This document shows positions 1 through 9,700 of a DNA stretch of 64,000 nt, piece after piece; the first letter of the stretch is position 1, and every line of letters starts with the position of its first letter. The DNA lies in NCBI GenBank assembly GCA_964016885.1, contig OZ024740.1:20646001-20710000 (forward strand), read 5' to 3'. The notes below the pieces were generated by a model, which did no database searches, was not told the DNA's origin, and worked only from the letters and a program-made list of their open reading frames with translations. A program made the position numbers and the translations under genes. This stretch comes from Eledone cirrhosa. Taxonomy: Eukaryota.

Positions 1-1146
1 ACGGACTGCGTGGTCGCAGAGAACATCCACTGCTACGGCCTCCACCCGACGGACATACACCAGCTTTTGTCCTTCACAGTAGACAACACGTACTTCACCT
101 TCCACCACCACACATACAGACAGACAACAGGATTACCCATGGGATCCAGCCTTTCGGGCCTGCTGGCCATCACCTACATGAACCAGCTAGAATGCCGAGC
201 CCTCAACACCTGCCATTCCCATGCCTTCTTCACTCGATATGTAGATGACATACTCATCCTTACATCATCCCGTGAGGAGGCAGAGAAAATATACACAACA
301 TTCTCCAGCATGGACGCCAGTATAAAGTTCAGCATGGAACACCCCGATGACCGCGGATCCCTATCCCTACTGGACTTCCAACTCAGGGTAACAGAGGAAG
401 GCAACATCCACACCTGCTTCTATAAAAAATCCGCCAGCAGGGACCTGTTCGTACATTTCAGATCGGCCCTCCCACTCGGTGCCAAGTTCGGATACATAAA
501 GAACGAACTGGCACGTATCAAGAACAAATGCACCGACGCCAGAGACCGAGACACACACACCACACATTTCCTGGAAGTACTCAAACTGAACGGATACACG
601 ACATCCACCACAAACCGTGCCAGAAAGAACAGAGGACACCACACCCGAGGCACTAACACTTGCTTCCTGAAGCTCCCACACTTCAGTGAAGAAACAACAA
701 CAGCCATCCGCAGAGCCATCAGACGAGAGGGACTGGATATCCAACTGGCCCACTCGGGTCCTTCTCTGCGCGGACGGCTGGCCAAGAGACACTCCACCAG
801 ACATGACAACTGCTGCAGACTAGCCAACTGCCCCATCAACGACACAGACCTATGCCACTAGGCTTACGTAGTATACAGACTAGAGTGTGACAAATGCAAC
901 AACTTCTACGTAGGTAGCACCACCAGACCACTCCACATAAGAATAAAAGAACACCTCAATACTAACGCTTCCTCATTTAAGAAACACCTAGTTAAATGCA
1001 AAAACACCGATAAAAACATAACAGTTAGGATAGAAACTAAGGAAAGAAACCTCGGCAATCTTAGAATTAAGGAAGCACTTATTATAGATAAAACACATCC
1101 ACCAATCAATAATAGACTAGAGCTCAACACCCAATTTATAACCTGA
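1..1146 (+). pseudogene. Penelope-like retroelement ORF (5' part outside window): reverse transcriptase, Cys-rich linker and C-terminal GIY-YIG endonuclease, interrupted by one in-frame TAG at 859-861
   Basis: Frame 1 is open from base 1. It has PLE RT motifs YRQTTGLPMGSSLSG, FTRYVDDIL, SIKFSMEH and LSLLDF, then the linker CCRLANCPINDTDLCH. After TAG(859-861) the same frame reads AYVVYRLECDKCNNFYVGSTTRPLHIRIKEHL...FKKHL...LRIKEALII...PINNRLE to TGA at 1144-1146. This matches GIY-YIG (VVY/FYVG, R, E, N) with the CxxC..H..H motif typical of PLEs. Confidence 0.93.
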
Positions 1147-1556
1147 TAGGGCCTCTAGCCCCATTTTTACACACCCCACACACACGCACGCGCACACACA
1201 CACGCTTACACCTCCACTTATTCTCTCTCACACATACACACACAAAACCAGTTCTAACACCAGATAACACCTACCCCCCACTTTTACGATTAGACCTATC
1301 TTCCCACACTCACACACACACACCCACATACCTACACCTTCATGCATTCTCCCACACACATATACAGGCACGTATATAAAATAAAAAAAAATAAATAAAT
1401 AAAAAAACCTAAACAAACCCCTCTTAAAGGGAGACTACTCTTTATCCACCTAATTTTAATTCTTTGATATTAGAGTTAGAACAGATACTCTATACTATTT
1501 CCGGTCAGCATGGCTTGGCTAGAGATTTAAAGACGCTGGTTTGAGACCTTTACTTC

Positions 1557-1591
1557 CCTCCGAAGAAGAGATATTATCTCGAAAATTAAGG
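1557..1591 (+). ncRNA. Minimal type I hammerhead ribozyme (family A, core variant CCGAAGA)
   Basis: CCT-CCGAAGA-A-GAGAT-att-ATCTC-GAAA-ATTA-AGG. Stem I CCT/AGG, stem II GAGAT/ATCTC, palindromic AATT in place of stem III. U4->C relative to the copy at 4762-4796. Confidence 0.7.
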
Positions 1592-1705
1592 ACATTTAAA
1601 TAAATTCAAGGTGAAAGACGAAATTTCATCAATATCTTTCACTATTGCATTCTTTTTTCTATGTCCATACCTGCATTGTTTTGGCCTTATTACACATATT
1701 CAAAC

Positions 1706-1708
<3 letters not shown>

Positions 1709-1776
<68 letters not shown>

Positions 1777-1780
1777 TATA
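1709..1780. repeat. (TA)n microsatellite
   Basis: Directly visible. Confidence 0.98.
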
Positions 1781-1789
1781 CTCATTCTT

Positions 1790-1825
1790 TCTTCTGATGA
1801 AGGACTACCGTCCGAAACGTTAAGA
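1790..1825 (+). ncRNA. Minimal type I hammerhead ribozyme (family B) in a short PLE pLTR fragment ~1781-1910
   Basis: TCTT-CTGATGA-A-GGAC-tacc-GTCC-GAAA-CGTT-AAGA. Canonical CUGAUGA/GAAA core, stem I TCTT/AAGA, stem II GGAC/GTCC, palindromic AACGTT stem III. Predicted cleavage GUU|A. Confidence 0.85.
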
Positions 1826-1976
1826 CCCTCTTCCTGCTATATCAAGCGTTAACCTAATATATCCCTTCCATATACTGTACTAATAGTGTTGTTATTTCTG
1901 TTTACCTTTTACATACATACATATATATTTATATATTATATAAAAAAGAAAATTTTCGCTTTATATGGCTGAATAC

Positions 1977-2451
1977 AATAAATGTAATCTGAGTTTTTCG
2001 AATATTAATAATAACATTCGATTCGTTTGCAATTATGCAAACAATCCTCAATTTTAATGCCATGTCAGTAGAATGAACACTTCATTCTTGCTCTTGTGTG
2101 TTCACATGCCAACACAAGAGCAAGAATGAAGGGTTCATTCTACTGACATGGCTATAAAATTGGGGCTATAAAATTGAGGCTTGTTTGCATAATTGCAAAC
2201 GAATCGAATGTTATTATTAATATTCGAAAAGGGCGGTGAATTGGCAATATCGGTAGAGGGTTGGACGCCATGATTTCTAGTATAGTTACGTCCCTTTACA
2301 GTCTGAGTTCAAATCCCGCCGAGGTTAACTTTGCCTTTCATCCTTGCGGGGTCGATAAAATAAAGTACCAGTAATGTACTGGGTAATTGCTGGCCTTGTG
2401 CCTAAAGTAGAAACAATTATTAATATTCGAAAAACTCATATTACATTTATT
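1977..2451. repeat. Long palindrome (arms ~125 bp, centre ~2105) whose right arm is interrupted by a SINE
   Basis: AATAAATGTAATCTGAGTTTTTCGAATATTAATAATAACATTCG...CTTGTGT is mirrored by ACACAAG...CGAATGTTATTATTAATATTCGAAAA[SINE]ACTCATATTACATTTATT. Confidence 0.92.
2231..2415 (+). mobile_element. tRNA-derived SINE, full length, with 18-bp target-site duplication
   Basis: A-box-like TTGGCAATATCGGT (2241-2254) and B-box GTTCAAATCC (2307-2316). TSD ATTATTAATATTCGAAAA at 2213-2230 and 2416-2433. A second copy lies at 6521-6721 (-). The body GAGTTCAAATCCCGCCGAGGTTAACTTTGCCTTTCATCC...GGGGTCGATAAAATAAAGTACCAG resembles, from recollection, an abundant cephalopod SINE. Confidence 0.92.
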
Positions 2452-2626
2452 AAATATTATATTATATAGTAAAATAAGAGGAGGTGGGACAATTATATAT
2501 TTCTGCGAACACTATGCACATTTCAGTGGCCAGGTTACGTATTGGCCTGTGTTTGCAGAAATAAATAATTGAGGGAATTCAACCTGTCCGGTCTCCTGTT
2601 ATTTTACTCTCTAATATAATATTTAA
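2450..2626. repeat. Degraded palindrome
   Basis: TTAAATATTATATTA..AGTAAAATAAGAGGAG pairs with CTCCTGTTATTTTACT..TAATATAATATTTAA. Inner ATTTCTGCGAACAC pairs with GTGTTTGCAGAAAT. Confidence 0.65.
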
Positions 2627-2772
2627 CTCCGTTCCCGCACCACCAACAGGATTCACCATCAACGATGGATGAGTTACGTAACGTTGAGTGCTTTCCTACA
2701 ATTTCATCATGATTAACATTGCAGAATGACCAATTCTACCCAGTGGCGAACCACCAAACTGAAACGTATATA

Positions 2773-2911
2773 TAGTAGAGTAGGTAATAGGAAAAGAGTC
2801 AGGACCGCGACGGCTGGTCCGGCCGTTTCGACAGCTAGGTCTGAACGTTGTCGAAACGGCCGGAGCTCAACCGTCGGGGTCCTGACTCTTTTCCTATTAC
2901 CCACACTACTA
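2773..2911. repeat. GC-rich imperfect palindrome (arms ~60 bp)
   Basis: GGTAATAGGAAAAGAGTCAGGACC...CCGGCCGTTTCGACA (to 2833) pairs with TGTCGAAACGGCCGG...GGTCCTGACTCTTTTCCTATTACC (from 2849). Confidence 0.9.
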
Positions 2912-3145
2912 CCCAGTATCGAGTACTTTGGTGCGTTATGGTCCACCTGGTTACTTACCACACTTCCTTCGTTATATATATATATATATAAATATATATA
3001 TATTTAAAGGTTAAACAATGTTCAATGAATAAATCAATGAATAAAATTTTACAATAGATTAGAAGCACTCCACAGCAATGGTTTTCCGGAGTTATTAATA
3101 TTAATTCAAAATATTAACAAATATAGACATTCGTGTGATCAAGTA

Positions 3146-3212
3146 TATTTTATTATACATATTTCAGAGGTACTGAGCTATCTTCAACAGTACGTCGTCA
3201 TCAGATAAAATA
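3146..3212 (-). ncRNA. Hammerhead ribozyme (family D) in a minus-strand pLTR fragment ~3049-3212
   Basis: Reverse complement: TATTTTAT-CTGATGA-cgacGTACTG..CAGTAC-ctct-GAAA-TATGTAT-A-ATAAAATA, giving an 8-bp stem I. The downstream GAGTGCTTCTAAT motif is shared with 5949-5961. A short fold-back GTACGTCGTCATC/GATGATGACGTAC lies at 3190-3226. Confidence 0.75.
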
Positions 3213-3688
3213 AGATGATGACGTACCTTGACTAATTAGATGGTTAAAATTCAGTCATGGCAGTGAATAAGATAGGACAAAACTCAATATTTATATACCT
3301 TAAGATTGAGACAAAAATTACATATAATACAGAGGGTGGGTGTGAGAAAGCTTATAAAGATACATAATAATAAACAACTACTAATATAATATAAACCTAG
3401 ATAACTGTTAGAAATTTAAATGATTTAAATTATTGAAGAGAAAAGAAGTGAAAGACAGAGAGAAACAGATGAGGAAAGAGAGAGTGACTAGAAGTATAGA
3501 ATTATCTTATGCACGAAAGCAAAAGAAAATTGAATAAGGATAGAGAGAGGAGGAGAAAATAAATTTTATAGTATAAAACATAGGGAGGGAGGTTTGTATT
3601 GTCATGGATAAACAGCGTATAATTAGATGATGCAAAAATATATATATAAATATATATTTGGGCATAGCTTTGTGAATGAATAGTTTAT

Positions 3689-3691
<3 letters not shown>

Positions 3692-3744
<53 letters not shown>
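3692..3744. repeat. (TA)n microsatellite
   Basis: Directly visible. Confidence 0.98.
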
Positions 3745-3747
<3 letters not shown>

Positions 3748-3981
3748 AAAAAGAGATGAAATCGAAAATGCAACTAAAGTCTTATTTTTTTAAAAAATAT
3801 ATATATTTATTTGGTTCTTTTACCGGTTTCGCAGTTCTTCTGCTTTTCAAAAGGTGAGTTGAGATGACCTTTTGAAAAGCAGAAGAACTGCGAAACCGGT
3901 AAAGGAACCAAATAAATATATATATTTAAAAAAAAAATAAGACTTTAGTTGCATTTTCGATTTCATCTCTTTTTCTTTATA
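3741..3981. repeat. Near-perfect palindrome (arms ~115 bp, loop 3856-3866); fold-back PLE pLTR, family C
   Basis: TATAAAGAAAAAGAGATGAAATCG...CAAAAGGT pairs with ACCTTTTG...CGATTTCATCTCTTTTTCTTTATA. The right arm continues unpaired to (TA)n at ~4047. Confidence 0.93.
3868..3905 (+). ncRNA. Degenerate minimal hammerhead (family C; core TTGAAAA), mirrored on the minus strand in the left arm
   Basis: CCTT-TTGAAAA-GCAG-aagaa-CTGC-GAAA-CCGGT-A-AAGG. Stem I CCTT/AAGG, stem II GCAG/CTGC, palindromic ACCGGT stem III. The core differs from CUGANGA at two positions. Confidence 0.6.
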
Positions 3982-4046
3982 CTTTCACTCGTGTAGGACA
4001 CCTCGGTTATTTTTCATTTTGTAAAAAAAAAAAAACCTCACTTTCT

Positions 4047-4047
4047 A

Positions 4048-4135
<88 letters not shown>
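4047..4135. repeat. (TA)n microsatellite
   Basis: Directly visible; further TA tracts at ~4275-4318 and ~4450-4480. Confidence 0.97.
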
Positions 4136-4139
<4 letters not shown>

Positions 4140-4162
4140 AAGAAAGGCTTCAGTAAGGTAAA

Positions 4163-4226
4163 CAATACAAAGCAGAGTATAAATATTTAATATAGATATT
4201 ACATATTTATACTCTGCTTTGTATTG
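4163..4226. repeat. Short palindrome (24-bp perfect arms, imperfectly extending to ~4151-4242)
   Basis: CAATACAAAGCAGAGTATAAATAT pairs with ATATTTATACTCTGCTTTGTATTG. Confidence 0.9.
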
Positions 4227-4282
4227 AGTGCCTTACTTACTGTGGTTACCCCCGATTGCACCCCGGATAAAACTTATATATA

Positions 4283-4328
<46 letters not shown>

Positions 4329-4447
4329 GAATAGCTTTCACCGTATTTTTTTAACTAAAGAAATTTTAGTCTGATAATGGGGTTTAGAACCCTCAGATAA
4401 ATGGAAAAAGACGAGTAATGATGTACATTTCAAAACATACTTACTTG

Positions 4448-4483
<36 letters not shown>

Positions 4484-4518
4484 AAGTTATAGTTCACTTG
4501 AAGCATTGTGTAATGAGG

Positions 4519-4917
4519 TATAAACGTTTGTATATGTATAATAAAGCCAAATCAATGCAGGTATGGACATAGAATAAAGAATGCAAATGCAAAAGATATT
4601 GTTGACAATTAGTCTTTTACCTTAGATTTATTTAAATGTCCTTAATTTTCGAGATAATATCTCTTCTTCAGAGGGAAGTAAAGCGGTTAAACCAGTGTTC
4701 TAAATAGCTTGCCAAGTCATTTGGCAAGCTATTTAGAACACTGGTTTAACCGCTTTACTTCCCTCTGAAGAAGAGATATTATCTCGAAAATTAAGGACAT
4801 TTAAATAAATCTAAGGTAAAAGACTAATTGTCAACAATATCTTTTGCATTTGCATTCTTTATTCTATGCCCATACCTGCATTGATTTGGCTTTATTATAC
4901 ATATACAAATGTTTATA
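4519..4917. mobile_element. Near-perfect ~400-bp palindrome (arms ~197 bp, loop 4716-4720): fold-back copy of the family A PLE pLTR
   Basis: The arms are reverse complements with only a few mismatches. The right arm is homologous to ~1515-1710 (CTTTACTTCCCTCTGAAGAAGAGATATTATCTCGAAAATTAAGGACATTTAAATAAAT...CATACCTGCATTG...GTTTATATA) and ends in (TA)n. Confidence 0.92.
4762..4796 (+). ncRNA. Minimal hammerhead ribozyme (family A, canonical CTGAAGA core); mirror copy at 4640-4674 on the minus strand
   Basis: CCT-CTGAAGA-A-GAGAT-att-ATCTC-GAAA-ATTA-AGG. Predicted cleavage UUA|AGG. Confidence 0.8.
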
Positions 4918-4993
4918 TATATATATATATATATGATACGTTATGAAATGATTTGGAGCGTTGAGTGTGAAGATATTTCGTAAAACTGTTGGG

Positions 4994-5058
4994 AACCTCG
5001 AACACGGAAATAGCTGTAAAGCAGCCGGGTGTATTACAGCTATTTCCGCATTCGAGTT
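4994..5058. repeat. Short hairpin/palindrome
   Basis: CGGAAATAGCTGTAA pairs with TTACAGCTATTTCCG, extended by CTCGAA/TTCGAG. Confidence 0.8.
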
Positions 5059-5075
5059 ACCTAAAATGTTACTAT

Positions 5076-5350
<275 letters not shown>

Positions 5351-5607
5351 AGAAAGATTTGAATGGATACAGTTTAGTTGAAAGGAATTTATTGACACGT
5401 GTTTCTATAACAGTTACATAACCTAAAACAGTTGCTATCTACAAACTTTTAGTTATGCAGACATTCAATATTTCAATGTTATTATTTACTGTCATTTCAT
5501 CAGAATAATATTACTGAGGACCTATTTAGTTTTTATAGAGAATATTATATACATATATATGTATAATATTATATATATATAAATAGAAACATAATATTAT
5601 ATATATA

Positions 5608-5910
5608 TAAATAGAAACTATATTTATGAAACCATATTTATTTTATTATATATATTTCAAGGGTACCAAAATGTTAGGTACGTTCTCATCAGATAAAATA
5701 CAAAAGTTGTTTTACAGATAGTGACATATTCAAAACTAGAACTTAGAGTTTTGAGTTCTCTTCTCAAAACTCTAAGTTCTAGTTTTGAATATGTCACTAT
5801 CTGTAAAACAACTTTTGTATGTTATCTGATGAGAACGTACCTAACATTTTGGTACCCTTGAAATATATATAATAAAATAAATATGGTTTTATAAATATAG
5901 TTTCCATTTA
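5608..5910. mobile_element. Near-perfect ~300-bp palindrome (loop 5756-5762): fold-back PLE pLTR, family D; right arm extends to (TA)n at ~6014
   Basis: TAAATAGAAACTATATTTATGAAACC...GTTTTGAG pairs with CTCAAAAC...GGTTTTATAAATATAGTTTCCATTTA. It is homologous to 3049-3212 (-). Confidence 0.9.
5818..5879 (+). ncRNA. Hammerhead ribozyme (family D); mirror copy at 5639-5700 on the minus strand
   Basis: TATGTTAT-CTGATGA-gaacGTACC-taacatttt-GGTAC-cctt-GAAA-TATATAT-A-ATAAAATA. In the minus copy stem I is a perfect TATTTTAT/ATAAAATA. Confidence 0.75.
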
Positions 5911-6011
5911 TTAATATTATTGATATTATACTCCAGAAAAATTCTATTGAGTGCTTCTAATTTGTTATAAACTAAATTTGTTGAATAACCAACAAATTAA
6001 ATAACTCATTA

Positions 6012-6403
<392 letters not shown>

Positions 6404-6520
6404 AAAAGTTGTTGCGCAGATTGACATAGATAGGGTATCAGGAGACGTATTGCTATAAATTACAAAATATATACACTTTGACAGTGAAACGAGACGAAAA
6501 CCATCAATCTCCAAAAATGG

Positions 6521-6721
6521 TAATAATAATAATTGTTTCTACTTTTGGCACAAGGCCACCAATTATCCCAGTGTATTACTGGCACTTTATTTTATCAACC
6601 CCGTTGGGTTGAAAGGCAATGTTAACCTCGGCGGGATTTGAACTCTGACCACAAAGGGCTGTACCTTAATGCTGAAAAGCATGGCGTCTGACCCTCTACC
6701 AATACTGCCAATCCATCACCC
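6521..6721 (-). mobile_element. tRNA-derived SINE (same family as 2231-2415); its 5' head is the first monomer of the satellite
   Basis: (TAA)n tail at 6521-6533. The body TTGTTTCTACTTTTGGCACAAGGCC...CTTTATTTTATCAACCCCG...GAAAGGCAATGTTAACCTCGGCGGGATTTGAACTC is the reverse complement of the 2231 SINE. B-box at 6634-6643 (-), head at 6677-6721. Confidence 0.93.
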
Positions 6722-9700
6722 TAACATGGTGTCACACCCTCTACCAATACTGCCAATACACCACCCTACCATGGTGTCAGACCCTCTACCTGTACTACCA
6801 ATCCACCACCCTAGCATGGCGTCTGACCCTCTACCGATACTGCCAATCCACCACCCTAACATGGTGTCAGACCCTCTACGGATACTGCCAATCCACCACC
6901 CTAACATGGTGTCATACCCTCTACCAATACTGCCAATCCACCACGCTAGCATGGTCTCAGACCCTCTACCAATACTGCCAATGCACCACCCCAACATGGT
7001 GTCAGACGCTCTACCTATACTGCCAATCCACCACCCCAACATGGTGTCAGACGCTCTACCTATACTGCCAATCCACCACCCTAGCATGGTGTCAGACCCT
7101 CTACCAATACTGCCAATGCACCACCCCAACATGGTGTCAGATCCTCTACTTATACTGCCAATCCACCACCCTTACATGGTGTCATACCCTCAACCAATAC
7201 TGCCAATCCACCTCCCTAGCATGGCGTCAGACCCTCTACCAATACTTCCAATCCACCACCCTAGCATGGTGTCAGACCCTCTACAAATACTGCCAATCCA
7301 CCACCCTAGCATGGTGTCAGACCCTCTACAAATACTTCCAATCCACCACCCTAGCATAGCGTCAGACCCTCTACCAATACTGCCGATCCACCACCCTAGC
7401 ATGATGTCCAACCCTCTACCAATACTACCAATCCACCACACTAGCATGGTGTCAGACCCTCTACCTATAATGCCAATCCACCACCCTACCATGGCGTCTG
7501 ACCCTCTACCGATACTGCCAATACACCACCCTACCATGGCGTCTGACGCTCTGCCAATACTGCCAATCCACCAACCTAACATGGTGTCAGACCCTCTACC
7601 TATACTGCCAGTCCACCACCCTAACATGGTGTCAGACGCTCTACCTATACTGCCAATCCACCACCCTAACATGGTGTCAGACCCTCTACCATTACTGCCA
7701 ATCCACCACCCTAACATAGCGTCAGACCCTCTACCAATACTAATACTGCCAATCCACCAACCTACCATGGTGTCAGACCCTCTAGTTATACTACCAATCC
7801 ATCAACCTAGCATGGTGTCAGATCCTCTAGCTATACTGCCAATCCACCACCCTAACATGGTGTCAGACCCTCTACCGATACTGCCAATCCACCACCATAG
7901 CATAGTGTCAGACCCTTTACCGATACTGCCAATCCACCAACCTAGCATGGTGCCCACCCTCTACCGATACTGCCAATACACCACCCTAGCATGGTGTCAG
8001 ACCCTCTACCTATACTACCAATCCACCACCTTAGCATGGTGTCAGACCCTCTACCTATGTTGCCAATCCTCCATCCTAGCATGGTGTTAGACCCTCTACC
8101 TATACTGCCAATCTACCACCCTAGCATGGTGTCCAACCCTCTACCTATACAGCCAGTTCACCACCCTAGCATGGTGTCCAACCCTCTATATATACAGCCA
8201 ATCCACCACCCTAGCATGGGGTCAGACCCTCTACCTGTACTACCAAACCACCACCCTAACATGGTGTCAGACCCTCTACCGATACTGCCATTCCACAACC
8301 CTAGCATGGTGTCCCTCCCTCTACCGATACTGACAATCCACCACCCTAGCATGGTGTCAGACCCTCTACCTATACTGCCAATCCACCACCCTAGCATGGT
8401 GTCAGACCCTCTACCTATACTGCCAATCCACCACCCTACCATGGTGTCAGACCCTCTACCTATACTGCCAATCCACCACCCTAACATGGTGTCATACCCT
8501 CAACCAATACTGCCAATCCACCACCCCAACATGGTGTCAGACACTCTAGTTATACTACCAATCCACCACCCTAGCATGGTGTCAGACGCTCTATCCATAC
8601 TGCACATACACCACCCGAACATGGTATCAGACGCTCTACCTATACTGCCAATCCACCACCCAAGCATAGCGTCAGACCCTCTACCTATACTGCCAATCCA
8701 CCTCCTTAGCATGGCGTCAGACCCTCTACCAATACTGCCAATCCACCACCCTAGCATGGTGTCAGACCCTCTACCTCTACTACCAATCCACCAGCCTAAC
8801 ATGGTGTCAGAAGCTCTACATACACTGCCAGTCCACCACCCTAGCATGGTGTCAGACCCTCTACCAATACTGCCAATCCACCACCCTAGCATGGCATCAG
8901 ACCCTCTACCATTACTGCCAATCCACCACCCTAGCATGGCGTCAGACACTCTACCAATAATACCAATCCACCACCCTAGCATGGCATCAGACCCTCTACC
9001 AATACTGCCAATCCACCAACCTAGCATGGTGTCAGACCCTCTACCGATACTGACAATCCACCACCCTAGCATGGTGTCAGACCCTCTACCGATACTGCCA
9101 ATACACCACCCTAACATAGGTGTCAGACCCTCTACCAATACTGCCAATCCACCACCTTAGCATGGTGTCTGACCCTCTACCAATACTGCCAGTCCACCAC
9201 CCTAGCATGGTGTCAGACCCTCTACCAATACTGCCAATCCACCACCCTAGCATGGCGTCAGACACTCTACCAATAATACCAATCCACCACCCTAGCATGG
9301 CATCAGACCCTCTACCAATACTGCCAATCCACCAACCTAGCATGGTGTCAGACCCTCTACCGATACTGACAATCCACCACCCTAGCATGGTGTCAGACCC
9401 TCTACCGATACTGCCAATACACCACCCTAACATAGGTGTCAGACCCTCTACCAATACTGCCAATCCACCACCTCAGCATGGTGTCTGACCCTCTACCAAT
9501 ACTGCCAATCCACCACCCTAGCATGGCGTCAGACCCTCTACCGATACTGCCAATCCACCAACCTAGCATGGTGTCCCACCCTCTACCGATACTGCCAATC
9601 CACCACCCTAGGATCGTGTCAGACCCTCTACCTATATTGCCAATCCACCACGCTAGCATGGTGTCAGACCCTCTACCGATACTGCAAATCCACCACCCTA

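Larger units (their letters stand above)
1..1710 (+). mobile_element. Penelope-like element, 3' portion including 3' UTR/pLTR, ending in a (TA)n microsatellite
   Basis: RT-EN ORF, then a CA-rich UTR, a hammerhead-like motif at 1557-1591, and the end ...CAAACGTT(TA)n. Segment ~1515-1710 is clearly homologous to the palindrome arm 4721-4917. Confidence 0.85.

Noticed and set aside
174-1130. Minus-strand ORFs overlapping the PLE
   Set aside because: They are antisense shadows of the RT/EN frame with no recognisable motifs.
2231-2320. Functional tRNA gene
   Set aside because: It has A and B boxes, but I could not fold a convincing cloverleaf. It continues into a SINE body with a TSD and has a second diverged copy.
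2713-3007. Two opposite-strand ORFs sharing VGNRKRVRT
   Set aside because: The shared peptide results from the 2773-2911 palindrome.
4368-4398. CTGATAA-TGGGGTTTAGAACCC as another hammerhead
   Set aside because: The core is imperfect and no GAAA or stem III follows. At most it is a truncated remnant.
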